Positions 37,313-45,169 of a stretch of 45,838 bases of DNA are shown one piece after another. Position numbers and translations under genes: made by a program. Numbering within the stretch: the stretch's first letter is position 1; each line of letters starts with the position of its first letter. Source of the DNA: a phage; assembly GCA_014143165.1 (NCBI GenBank), contig GCA_014143165.1_4843.1; one strand, written 5' to 3'. The notes below the pieces were generated by a model. The model was not told where the DNA came from and did no database searches. It worked only from the letters and a program-made list of their open reading frames with translations.

Positions 37313-39642
37313 TGATTGGTTATGAAGATTACCGCAAATGTGGCTTCCCTATTATTGGAATCCATGCAATGGATATCGACCGCAATTGCACATGCGGTGA
37401 TCCAGAGTGCAATGCTGCTGGTAAGCATCCGGTTATGAGTAACTGGCAGCTTGGAGTTATATGGGCTGATGACCAGATTGAAAATATGGCTGAATATGGT
37501 CAACTGCAGTCATTCGGTGTCCTTGTGAATGGTTATCTGGTCGTTGATATTGATCCACGCAACGGAGGTAATGATGGATATGAATCTCTTTGTGATGCCT
37601 TAGACGTAGAGCTTGCTGACGAAGCTGGTTTTACGGTTAAGACTGGCGGTGGTGGTCGGCACATCTATTACAAACTTCCTGAAGGAATAAAGCTGCGCTC
37701 TCATGACAGAAGGTTTAAGGGTATTGACTTTAAATCATCTGGTTTTGTTGTTGGCTGTGGTTCTTTTCATAAAACCGGAAACTTTTATGAGGCCGAGCAT
37801 GGATCCCCTTCAGAGATAACTGAATGTCCATCTGAACTTATTGAGCTTTTGTTGCGCCCTGAGAGAACAGAAGACGAGGTTTTCACGCTTGATAGTAAAA
37901 ATTACAGCATTGCCGAAATGGAGGATATGCTCAAATACATCAAAGATGGTGATGAGTATGACCCATGGCTTCATGTAGGTATGGCTATCCACGAAGCTAC
38001 AGAAGGCAATGGTTTTGAGCTTTGGGATAGATGGTCATCGCAGTTCAGCAAATACAGAGCTGAAGAGATGGACGCAAAATGGCACTCCTTTGGAAAGGAC
38101 GGCGTTAGCGAAAAGATAACCGAAGCAACGCTGGTTTATCTCGCGCAAGAGGGAGGGTGGGTAAGGCAAGTAACTTTTGAGGCTACTCCAGAGGAAATTG
38201 AGAAACTTGAGTCTTTCGAGCGAGAGATGGCAATGGGTGTTGGGGAATGCCCTGTAGAGTACAAAAGTGTTGATGTCCGTTATCCCCCTGGATTTGTTGG
38301 TCGCCTTACGGCGTGGATTAATAAGAACTGTGCAGAGAAGCGAGAGAATATTGCAGCACTTGCTGCATTGCACGCTGCATCCATGATTTGCGGTGCGTCA
38401 TCTGATATTTACCTTACAAACAGGAAGGCTTTGCCAAACCTGTTTGCTGTTGGTATAGCTGGTTCAGGTTCTGGTAAGGGTGATGTTCTTGCTGCGCTAC
38501 AAAAGATAATTGATTGCTCAGGATTGAGCAAGACTGTCGCCGGTAAGATACGTTCAGAGCGTGCGATATATGAAGGTCTTTGCGCTAACCAGATGTTTAA
38601 TATCATCATGGATGAGATTGGGATAAAACTTGGGAGTGTTGTTGGTCAGAAAGTAAGCGAGTACAACATGGCAACCGCTGGTGCGATCATGGAGGCTTAC
38701 ACGTCAGAAGTTCTTTATTGTGACCAGCGGGTTACTGAGGATTTCATTAAGTCTTTCGAAAAAAGAAAGGCTATGCTGTTAATGGCTATTGAGGAAAATG
38801 AGATACAGGCAGACCCCGTAGACATTAAGTGTCAGTTTGATGATGTGATAAACAGAATTGACGGAGCTATAAGGAATCCATTTTTTTCAATCTTTGGTGT
38901 GTCTACTGATGATCAGTTTAAGCGACTTATCACTGAAGAAAACATTAAGTCAGGTCTTATGGGTCGCGCAATGATTATGCAGGAGTTACAGGAGATTGCT
39001 GACGAAAACGAAAACGTAAACTACTGTGATCTACCTATGGATATGCAACTGACCATAAAAACAATAATAAATGGCGGAACGGCTGGGCACAAAAACTGGA
39101 CAGACTCAATAATCAGTCAAAAAGAAAGACGGATTATAAAAGCTACGCCTGAAGTTTCTCAGCTCGCTAAAGAGTTCTTCTCATGGATTAAAACCGTTGC
39201 AAGAAAGCATGTAGAAAATGGTACTGGTTATCACCCATTGATAAACAGATGCGCCGTGAAGGTGGCAAAGATTGCTGGCATTCTCGCGTGCGATACTGGC
39301 GTCATAACCATGGAGCACTTGAGATATGCGGTAGCATTAACAATTAAATCAACAAGCGATCTGATGATGCGTGCTGACAGTATCGCCGGAGCGAAGTCTA
39401 AAGCTATGGAAGAAAGAATTGAAGGTATTTTCTCCATGGTTAAAGAATATGTTAAGCGTGGAATGACCAAAACAGCAATGGTTAGAGGGGTAGCAAAAGA
39501 AGGTGGGTATAAACGTGCTGATGTCGAGAGGTGCGTAGAGAAGTTGTTATCAGATGGTATTATTTGCATTGATGAAAATGCAAAAAGAACATCTCACAAC
39601 GTAATAATTTACAAATTAACAAATGATGAGGTTGAGATATGA
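37309..39642 (+). CDS. Bifunctional primase-polymerase / SF3 (D5-like) helicase
   Basis: 777 aa. The N-terminal prim-pol-like region (GYLVVDIDPRNGG ... GGGGRHIYY) is followed by a PriCT-like middle region (YDPWLHVGMAIH ... WDRWS) and a C-terminal P-loop (GIAGSGSGKGDV) with Walker B IIMDEIG. Confidence 0.8.
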   Translation: MMIGYEDYRKCGFPIIGIHAMDIDRNCTCGDPECNAAGKHPVMSNWQLGVIWADDQIENMAEYGQLQSFGVLVNGYLVVDIDPRNGGNDGYESLCDALDVELADEAGFTVKTGGGGRHIYYKLPEGIKLRSHDRRFKGIDFKSSGFVVGCGSFHKTGNFYEAEHGSPSEITECPSELIELLLRPERTEDEVFTLDSKNYSIAEMEDMLKYIKDGDEYDPWLHVGMAIHEATEGNGFELWDRWSSQFSKYRAEEMDAKWHSFGKDGVSEKITEATLVYLAQEGGWVRQVTFEATPEEIEKLESFEREMAMGVGECPVEYKSVDVRYPPGFVGRLTAWINKNCAEKRENIAALAALHAASMICGASSDIYLTNRKALPNLFAVGIAGSGSGKGDVLAALQKIIDCSGLSKTVAGKIRSERAIYEGLCANQMFNIIMDEIGIKLGSVVGQKVSEYNMATAGAIMEAYTSEVLYCDQRVTEDFIKSFEKRKAMLLMAIEENEIQADPVDIKCQFDDVINRIDGAIRNPFFSIFGVSTDDQFKRLITEENIKSGLMGRAMIMQELQEIADENENVNYCDLPMDMQLTIKTIINGGTAGHKNWTDSIISQKERRIIKATPEVSQLAKEFFSWIKTVARKHVENGTGYHPLINRCAVKVAKIAGILACDTGVITMEHLRYAVALTIKSTSDLMMRADSIAGAKSKAMEERIEGIFSMVKEYVKRGMTKTAMVRGVAKEGGYKRADVERCVEKLLSDGIICIDENAKRTSHNVIIYKLTNDEVEI

Positions 39643-40034
39643 TTAATTACAAGTATCTGGTGATGAGAGGTTTGTATGACTATTTTGAGTCAGAAAATCC
39701 TGAGCGCGCACATGATAACGCAATATCCATGATGACAGGAAAGCACCTGATGGAAGTTTACTACTGGAAAATGCCTGTATTCCGCTGCAATATGGGTATC
39801 TGCATTGATGATGACGTACTGTTTTGTCGAATACAATATGAAAACAATGTTGGCATAGTGACAGCATCGTACAGGGATGTTGCAAGAAAATCCGGGAACT
39901 GGCATCCAAGCGAAGTATTTGCTGGTGACGCACTATTTAATTTCTGTAAGGCGTTTGGTGTTTTGTATGAGGATGTAAGCAAAGAGTATAGCGGAAGGCG
40001 TGAGAAAGATAGCTTAAGCTCAAAAGGAGCATAA
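39639..40034 (+). CDS. Hypothetical protein
   Basis: 131-aa ORF, ATGA-coupled to the primase gene. Confidence 0.55.
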   Translation: MINYKYLVMRGLYDYFESENPERAHDNAISMMTGKHLMEVYYWKMPVFRCNMGICIDDDVLFCRIQYENNVGIVTASYRDVARKSGNWHPSEVFAGDALFNFCKAFGVLYEDVSKEYSGRREKDSLSSKGA

Positions 40035-40035
40035 C

Positions 40036-40062
40036 AAAAAGCCCGCAAACGCGGGCTTTATT
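40036..40062. terminator. Bidirectional intrinsic terminator
   Basis: AAAGCCCGC-AAAC-GCGGGCTTT is flanked by A-runs and T-runs. It lies between convergent genes. Confidence 0.8.
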
Positions 40063-40303
40063 ATTTAACAATCCATTTTGTAACAGCTGGCCTTAAATCT
40101 TCCTTTCTGAAAAATCCACCAGTAAGTTTCTCGGCATCAATTGCTGCTGTAGCGCTAATTCTTCCTCTTGACACCCACTGATTGACAGCCTGTTTTGACA
40201 CACCAAGAAACCTTGCCAGTTGTGATTGCCCTCCAACATAATCAATCAGCTCTGACAGCTTCGTCTGTTCCATTTCTCTTATCTGTTCTGCGATGCTTTT
40301 CAT
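40061..40303 (-). CDS. Cro / YdaS-like HTH transcriptional regulator
   Basis: The ATG at 40303 (MKSIAEQIREMEQTKLSELIDYVGGQSQLARFLGVSKQAVNQWVSRGRIS...) has GAGGT upstream. It carries a classical HTH with the QAV.QW signature of the Cro/YdaS family. Confidence 0.7.
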   Translation of the reverse strand: MKSIAEQIREMEQTKLSELIDYVGGQSQLARFLGVSKQAVNQWVSRGRISATAAIDAEKLTGGFFRKEDLRPAVTKWIVK

Positions 40304-40332
40304 GTGTTTACCTCTGCTATCTGTATGCAGCA

Positions 40333-40394
40333 ATAATGAACTCAAAAAAAATTTTCGTCAAGGTATTGCGTTTACCATCACGTTGACGTATCTT
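40333..40394. promoter_or_regulatory. Divergent promoters (leftward TTGACG-17-CATTAT; rightward TTGCGT-17-TATCTT)
   Basis: Minus strand: TTGACG (40356-40361) and CATTAT (40333-40338). Plus strand: TTGCGT (40366-40371) and TATCTT (40389-40394). Confidence 0.45.
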
Positions 40395-40437
40395 TAAGTC
40401 ACACCAGCGATATGCTGAGTTAAATCGAGAGGACACT

Positions 40438-41280
40438 ATGAGCTTATCAATGATTCAAAAACCAAAACCAGCAGCGCCAATCATAACATTGGTTGGTACT
40501 CCAGGTGTAGGCAAGACAACTCTTGCGGCGCTATTCCCAAACCCAGTGTTTATTCAGGCTGAAGAGATCACTGGTGTTTTTGATGACTGGGATGATGAAA
40601 AGAAACCTGATTCATTTCCTGTTCTGAAGCGCGCTGACGCTAAACGCAAAACAAGCACAAAGGATGATTTGCTGTCACAGCTACGCGCATTAATTACTGA
40701 GGAACATAATTACAAAACGCTTGTAATTGACTCAATCACAAGCCTGCATTCAATGTTTGAGCATGAGGTTTGTGAAAATTACGGTGTTGACAACGTTGGT
40801 TCTGCGGCTGGTGGTTACAACAAAGGATATATTGTTGTTTCTGAAATGCACGCTGAAATAATAAATGCATGTAAGTATCTTCGCAAAGAAAAAGGGATGA
40901 GCATTATTTATCTTGCGCACGCAGGTGTTAAAAAGATGAAGAATCGCCCTGATGCTGATGAATACACTGTTTACACACTTGACATGCATGATGCTTCTGT
41001 TTCTGGTTATGTGAATCTTAGTGATGCTGTTATTTACATCAGGAATGAGGAGTTTGTGAAAGGTACTGAAACTGATAAAAAAGGTCAGGTAACTAAGTTT
41101 GGTAAAGTTGTTCAGACTGGTCAGCGAGTTCTTATTACCTCTGGTGATGGTCGCATTGGGTATGTTAATGCTAAAAACAGATACAACCTTGAGCCTGAAA
41201 TTCCTTTTGAAAAAGGTGAGAACCCGCTTTTGAGTGAGATTAAATATTATGCATCTCTACGAGATAACCAAACAGCTTAA
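40438..41280 (+). CDS. Sak4-like RecA-fold ATPase (AAA_24 family)
   Basis: 280 aa. Walker A LVGTPGVGKTTLA is present. Gene context (Gp157 and a DUF669-type SSB downstream) is the typical Sak4 recombination module. Confidence 0.7.
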   Translation: MSLSMIQKPKPAAPIITLVGTPGVGKTTLAALFPNPVFIQAEEITGVFDDWDDEKKPDSFPVLKRADAKRKTSTKDDLLSQLRALITEEHNYKTLVIDSITSLHSMFEHEVCENYGVDNVGSAAGGYNKGYIVVSEMHAEIINACKYLRKEKGMSIIYLAHAGVKKMKNRPDADEYTVYTLDMHDASVSGYVNLSDAVIYIRNEEFVKGTETDKKGQVTKFGKVVQTGQRVLITSGDGRIGYVNAKNRYNLEPEIPFEKGENPLLSEIKYYASLRDNQTA

Positions 41281-41728
41281 TGAACTGCTGGCGATGGAGG
41301 ATATTCCACGAGAGCAGATTGAAGATACTATAAACCTTATTGAAGAGGAGTTTGAAGGAAAGGCTGAAATGGTTGCTGCTTACATTCGTGAGCTTGAAGC
41401 TGATGAGGCCGGACTGAATTCTGAGATTGACCGACTTTCTGAGCGTAAGCGTGTTTTAGTTTCGAAGATTGATAATCTTAAGGATTATCTTCGTCAGAAC
41501 ATGATGGCTTCAGGAAAGACGAACATCAAAGGTAAGTTGTTCAGTATCACGCTTGGCAAACCATCACCAGTTCTTGATGTGTTTGTTCCTGTTGAGCAGC
41601 TTCCTGAGCAGTACCGTGTTGTGAAAGTGTCGGCAGATAACGCAGCGATTAAAAATGCGATTAAAGCCGGGATTGAAATTAATGGTTGTGCCATCACCGA
41701 CGGCAAACCGAAACTGATCATCAAATAA
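41249..41728 (+). CDS. Siphovirus Gp157-family protein
   Basis: ATG at 41249 (MHLYEITKQLNELLAMED...); the coiled-coil N-terminal half is typical of Gp157. The track ORF starts at a GTG at 41234. Confidence 0.65.
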   Translation: MHLYEITKQLNELLAMEDIPREQIEDTINLIEEEFEGKAEMVAAYIRELEADEAGLNSEIDRLSERKRVLVSKIDNLKDYLRQNMMASGKTNIKGKLFSITLGKPSPVLDVFVPVEQLPEQYRVVKVSADNAAIKNAIKAGIEINGCAITDGKPKLIIK

Positions 41729-41744
41729 TCGAGAGGACACAAAA

Positions 41745-42266
41745 ATGGGTTTCTGGAATCTTTCTGACGGTAAAGCTGTTGAATCTAAATCTGAATTTGA
41801 GCTGGGTGGTGGTTTCGAAGTAATTCCTGATGGTAGCCGTGTTCTTGCTGCCGTTGAAGAATGTAAAGACGACCAGTGGGAAGGTGAGCGATTCTTCAAT
41901 CTTAAGTGGAGAATCCTTGAGGGTGAATATAAAAATCGCATCATCTTCCAGAAGCTGAAAGTATTTAGCTCTAAAGAAAAGCAGCGAGACAATGCTATCA
42001 CTATGCTTGCAGCAATTGACGCAAACGCTGGTGGAAAGCTGATGGCATCAGGAAAAGAGCCGACTGATTTTGCTATTGCCAGTGCGCTTGCGAATCGCCC
42101 GATGATTCTTCTTCTGCGCGTTTGGGAATCTGAGGATAAGCAAAAAACTGGTAACTATGTGGCTGGTGTATTTGGTCGTCAACAGACAAAAGCAGCACCT
42201 GCTACTAAGCAGTCAGCGCCGTCTAACGAGCCGCCGATGGACTTTGATGATGACATTCCGTTCTGA
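41745..42266 (+). CDS. DUF669-type single-strand-binding-like protein carrying a bacterial SSB C-terminal tip
   Basis: 173 aa. The C-terminus, APSNEPPMDFDDDIPF, reproduces the E. coli SSB acidic tip. The body does not look like a canonical OB-fold SSB, but its position after Sak4/Gp157 fits the cognate DUF669 partner. Confidence 0.65.
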   Translation: MGFWNLSDGKAVESKSEFELGGGFEVIPDGSRVLAAVEECKDDQWEGERFFNLKWRILEGEYKNRIIFQKLKVFSSKEKQRDNAITMLAAIDANAGGKLMASGKEPTDFAIASALANRPMILLLRVWESEDKQKTGNYVAGVFGRQQTKAAPATKQSAPSNEPPMDFDDDIPF

Positions 42267-42288
42267 TGATTTGATGTTTGTTTAAATG

Positions 42289-42313
42289 AAGCCCCGTTAA
42301 GGGGCTTTTAATT
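42289..42313 (+). terminator. Hairpin / partial terminator
   Basis: AAGCCCC-GTTAA-GGGGCTT followed by TTAATT. It lies immediately before the next SD, so it is probably an attenuating or stabilising hairpin. Confidence 0.5.
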
Positions 42314-42323
42314 GGAGTTTTAT

Positions 42324-42701
42324 ATGTACGAAGTTATCTGTGATTACTGCAATATTGCAACAAGACTAGCTAAAGGGAGTGAAATTTACCCGCACAGACA
42401 AGATCTTTATGCGCTTAATTTCTATCTGTGCGATTCCTGTGGTGCTTATGTTGGTTGCCATAAAAATGGTGATGGAAAAAGGCCTCTTGGAAGGGTAGCA
42501 AATGAAGAATTAAGGAAGGCAAAAAGCAAAGCACATGCTGCATTTGATCCTCTATGGAAATCAGGAAAAATGTCGCGAGGTGCTGCTTACTCTGCATTAG
42601 CTAGTTCGATGGCAATAAAAAAAGATAAATGCCACATAGGAATGTTTGATGTTAAACAATGCGAGTATGTTGTCGAGTGGTGCAAGGAGTTTTGTTTATG
42701 A
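42324..42701 (+). CDS. DUF3268-like zinc-finger protein
   Basis: The ATG at 42324 has GGAG 6 nt upstream. CDYC...IYPHR.DL....FY.CD.CGAYVGCH......PLGRVAN.ELR.AK..AH..FD.LW matches the DUF3268 pattern. Confidence 0.6.
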   Translation: MYEVICDYCNIATRLAKGSEIYPHRQDLYALNFYLCDSCGAYVGCHKNGDGKRPLGRVANEELRKAKSKAHAAFDPLWKSGKMSRGAAYSALASSMAIKKDKCHIGMFDVKQCEYVVEWCKEFCL

Positions 42702-44563
42702 AATATACGCTAAGGCCATACCAACAAGAAGCTGTGGATTCAGCTATGGCACACATTCGCAGCACCATCTCCTCATGCGTTATCATCCTCCCGACAGGTG
42801 CAGGAAAATCTATGGTTGTGGCAGAACTTGCATCTCGTATTTATGGTATGAGCAAAAAGCGAGTTTTGTGTATTGCTCCCACAGCGGAACTCGTCACACA
42901 AAATCGCGCTAAATATCTTCTTACTGGAGAGCCAGCCAGCATGTTCAGTGCGAAGGCCGGACCAAAGAACCTGCGCCATCCGGTTGTTTTTGGCTCACCA
43001 GTTACAATCAAGAACTCAATAGAGATGTTTGGTGATAAGTATGGTGCTGTCATTATTGATGAGTGTGATGGAATAACACCAACCATTAAATTTATTATTA
43101 ATGAGATGAAGCGCCGAAATCCAAAGCTGCGTGTTATTGGGATGACCGCTACGCCTTATCGCCTTGGAACTGGATACATCTACAAAGAGCACTACCTAGA
43201 CGGTCCTACAGATGAAGAAACAGCCATAGACCCATATTACGACAAAGTCGTTTATGAGCTTGAAGCTAAATTTCTCATCGAAAATGGATATCTTACGCCA
43301 CCAGTTACAGATCCTGTTTTTGACGAGTATGATACGTCTTGTCTTGAAAAGGATAAGTTAGGTCGGTACACAACAGCTTCAGTTGAAAAGGCGATGGTTG
43401 GCAAGGGGAGGAAAACATCACGCATTGTTGAAGATATTATCCGTCGCTCTGTTAATCGGCGCGGAACGATGATTTTTGCCAGCACCAAGAAGCACGCTAT
43501 GGAGATAATGGAGTCGCTTCCTCCAGGTTCTTATAGCTATGTTTTTGGTGATATGCCAACATCAGATCGCAACAAGGCAATATCAGACTTCAAGTCGCAA
43601 AAAGTTAAATACATCGTCAACCAGAATATCCTTACTGTAGGGGTGGATGTTCCTCATTGTGATCACATAGCAGTAATGAGAGCCACAGAATCACCAAGAC
43701 TGTACCAGCAAATAATTGGCAGGGGGACGCGTCTTTATGAAGGTAAGCAAGACTTTCTTGTCAGCGATTACGCAGGCAATATTCAGCGACACTTTTCTGA
43801 GACCGGGGACTTGTTCACTCCAGAAATAAAAGCAACAAGGAAAAAACCATCAGTCCCAATGGATGTTAAATGCCCGTTATGTGGATTTATCAATGAATTT
43901 GGTGTGCGTCCTAATCCTGAAAATCTTGAAGTTGACAAGGAAGGTTACTGGCTTGATTTGGCTGGTGACAGAGTGATGATTGATATTTTTGATAAGTCAG
44001 GTGAAAAAATTGGAAGCAAACCTATGCCTGCTCATTTTGGCAGAAGATGTAAAAACTACGTTATGCAAGGTCCACTAAGAGAAATGCACAGATGTACTTA
44101 TAAATGGTCGGTAAAAGAGTGTCCTGATTGCGGGTTTGAAAATGATATAGCGGCAAGAAACTGCACATCATGCGGCGCTGAAATCATTGACCCAAACCAA
44201 AAGCTAAAGGAAGAAGCTGACAGGCTTGATTCTTCTCCTTATGCAACCAAGCAATCAAGCGTAACCATGATGAACATCATGAAGCATTACGTTTCAAGCG
44301 GTGAAGATTTGGTGCACGTAAAATTTGCTATTGAACAGAAACCATTTTTTGTTAGCAAGTTCTACAATCCAAACTCTGAGAAGGAATGGATGAAGAAGGA
44401 GTGGGAAGAGTTTTGTGAGAAGTGCTTTGGTGAATCCGACATGTCAATTGATGACGCAATAGCAAAAAGAGATGAGGCTGTCGCGCCATCAGTGATTATG
44501 TTCAGAAGAGATAAGGGTAGTAAATATTTCAACGTTAAAGGCATGTATTGGGGGGTATTATGA
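42698..44563 (+). CDS. SF2 DEAD/DEAH-box helicase with C-terminal zinc ribbons
   Basis: ATG at 42698 (AAGGAG upstream). Motif I LPTGAGKS, motif II IIDECD, motif III MTATP, motif VI QQIIGRGTR. The C-terminal part carries CPLCG, CPDCG and CTSCG ribbons. Confidence 0.85.
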   Translation: MKYTLRPYQQEAVDSAMAHIRSTISSCVIILPTGAGKSMVVAELASRIYGMSKKRVLCIAPTAELVTQNRAKYLLTGEPASMFSAKAGPKNLRHPVVFGSPVTIKNSIEMFGDKYGAVIIDECDGITPTIKFIINEMKRRNPKLRVIGMTATPYRLGTGYIYKEHYLDGPTDEETAIDPYYDKVVYELEAKFLIENGYLTPPVTDPVFDEYDTSCLEKDKLGRYTTASVEKAMVGKGRKTSRIVEDIIRRSVNRRGTMIFASTKKHAMEIMESLPPGSYSYVFGDMPTSDRNKAISDFKSQKVKYIVNQNILTVGVDVPHCDHIAVMRATESPRLYQQIIGRGTRLYEGKQDFLVSDYAGNIQRHFSETGDLFTPEIKATRKKPSVPMDVKCPLCGFINEFGVRPNPENLEVDKEGYWLDLAGDRVMIDIFDKSGEKIGSKPMPAHFGRRCKNYVMQGPLREMHRCTYKWSVKECPDCGFENDIAARNCTSCGAEIIDPNQKLKEEADRLDSSPYATKQSSVTMMNIMKHYVSSGEDLVHVKFAIEQKPFFVSKFYNPNSEKEWMKKEWEEFCEKCFGESDMSIDDAIAKRDEAVAPSVIMFRRDKGSKYFNVKGMYWGVL

Positions 44564-45015
44564 TTTTTCCAGAAGGCGTTAAGGTATATGGCGATTTAGA
44601 TTACAGAAACAAAAAGTGCCCGTCAGAAGATGCTGAGCTGGAGACTTTTGTTAATCAGATAAGGAAGCTATATCCTGACTTTGCAAGAGTTATGATTCAT
44701 GTGCCAAATGAAGGAAAGCGTAAAGGGTATGAAGTTGAAAACCTGAAGAAAAAGGGCGCGTTAAACTTCGGCGCCTCGGACATCATTATCGTCGGAAAGC
44801 AATCATTTGTTATGGAGATGAAAAGAATGGATCATACTTTATCAAAATGGCAGCCAGGTCAAATGGCATACCTCAAGGCTGCAAAAGAATTAGACTCCTT
44901 CGCGTGTGTATGCCTCGGTTGGGAAGCGGCGATGATGGCATTTAACGACTGGAGAGCAATAAATTACCCAAACTATAAAAAACCATCAGAGCCATTGATA
45001 TTTGATGGTTTTTAG
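44560..45015 (+). CDS. VRR-NUC domain nuclease
   Basis: The ATG at 44560 overlaps the helicase stop (ATGA). GASDIIIVG...FVMEMKR......Q..Y matches the D..(E/Q)xK VRR-NUC core. It ends at TAG 45013-45015. Confidence 0.8.
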   Translation: MIFPEGVKVYGDLDYRNKKCPSEDAELETFVNQIRKLYPDFARVMIHVPNEGKRKGYEVENLKKKGALNFGASDIIIVGKQSFVMEMKRMDHTLSKWQPGQMAYLKAAKELDSFACVCLGWEAAMMAFNDWRAINYPNYKKPSEPLIFDGF

Positions 45016-45132
45016 CAACCACGCCAGCAATCAGGCCAACAACCGCAACGACAACAACAGCCACCAAAACAACAAAGCCCACAAGGAGGGAATGAGCCTC
45101 CTATGGACTTCGATGATTCAATACCCTTCTGA
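45016..45132 (+). other. In-frame post-stop extension encoding an SSB-type disordered linker plus acidic tip
   Basis: The 38 codons directly after the VRR-NUC TAG, in the same frame, read QPRQQSGQQPQRQQQPPKQQSPQGGNEPPMDFDDSIPF followed by TGA (45130-45132). There is no usable internal start and no SD. Confidence 0.6.
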
Positions 45133-45142
45133 TGATAAAACT

Positions 45143-45168
45143 AACCCCGCCGAAGCGGGGTTTTGTTT
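45143..45168. terminator. Bidirectional intrinsic terminator
   Basis: AACCCCGC-CGAA-GCGGGGTT followed by TTGTTTATT. It lies between convergent genes. Confidence 0.8.
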
Positions 45169-45169
45169 A

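Noticed and set aside
39643-40048. Three minus-strand ORFs antisense to 39639-40034
   Set aside because: They overlap each other in different frames opposite a coupled plus-strand gene, and they end at the bidirectional terminator. They are most likely spurious.
41494-42001. Minus-strand ORFs 41494-41742 and 41564-42001
   Set aside because: They are antisense to the tightly coupled Gp157 and SSB-like genes of a plus-strand operon. No promoter or SD is present.
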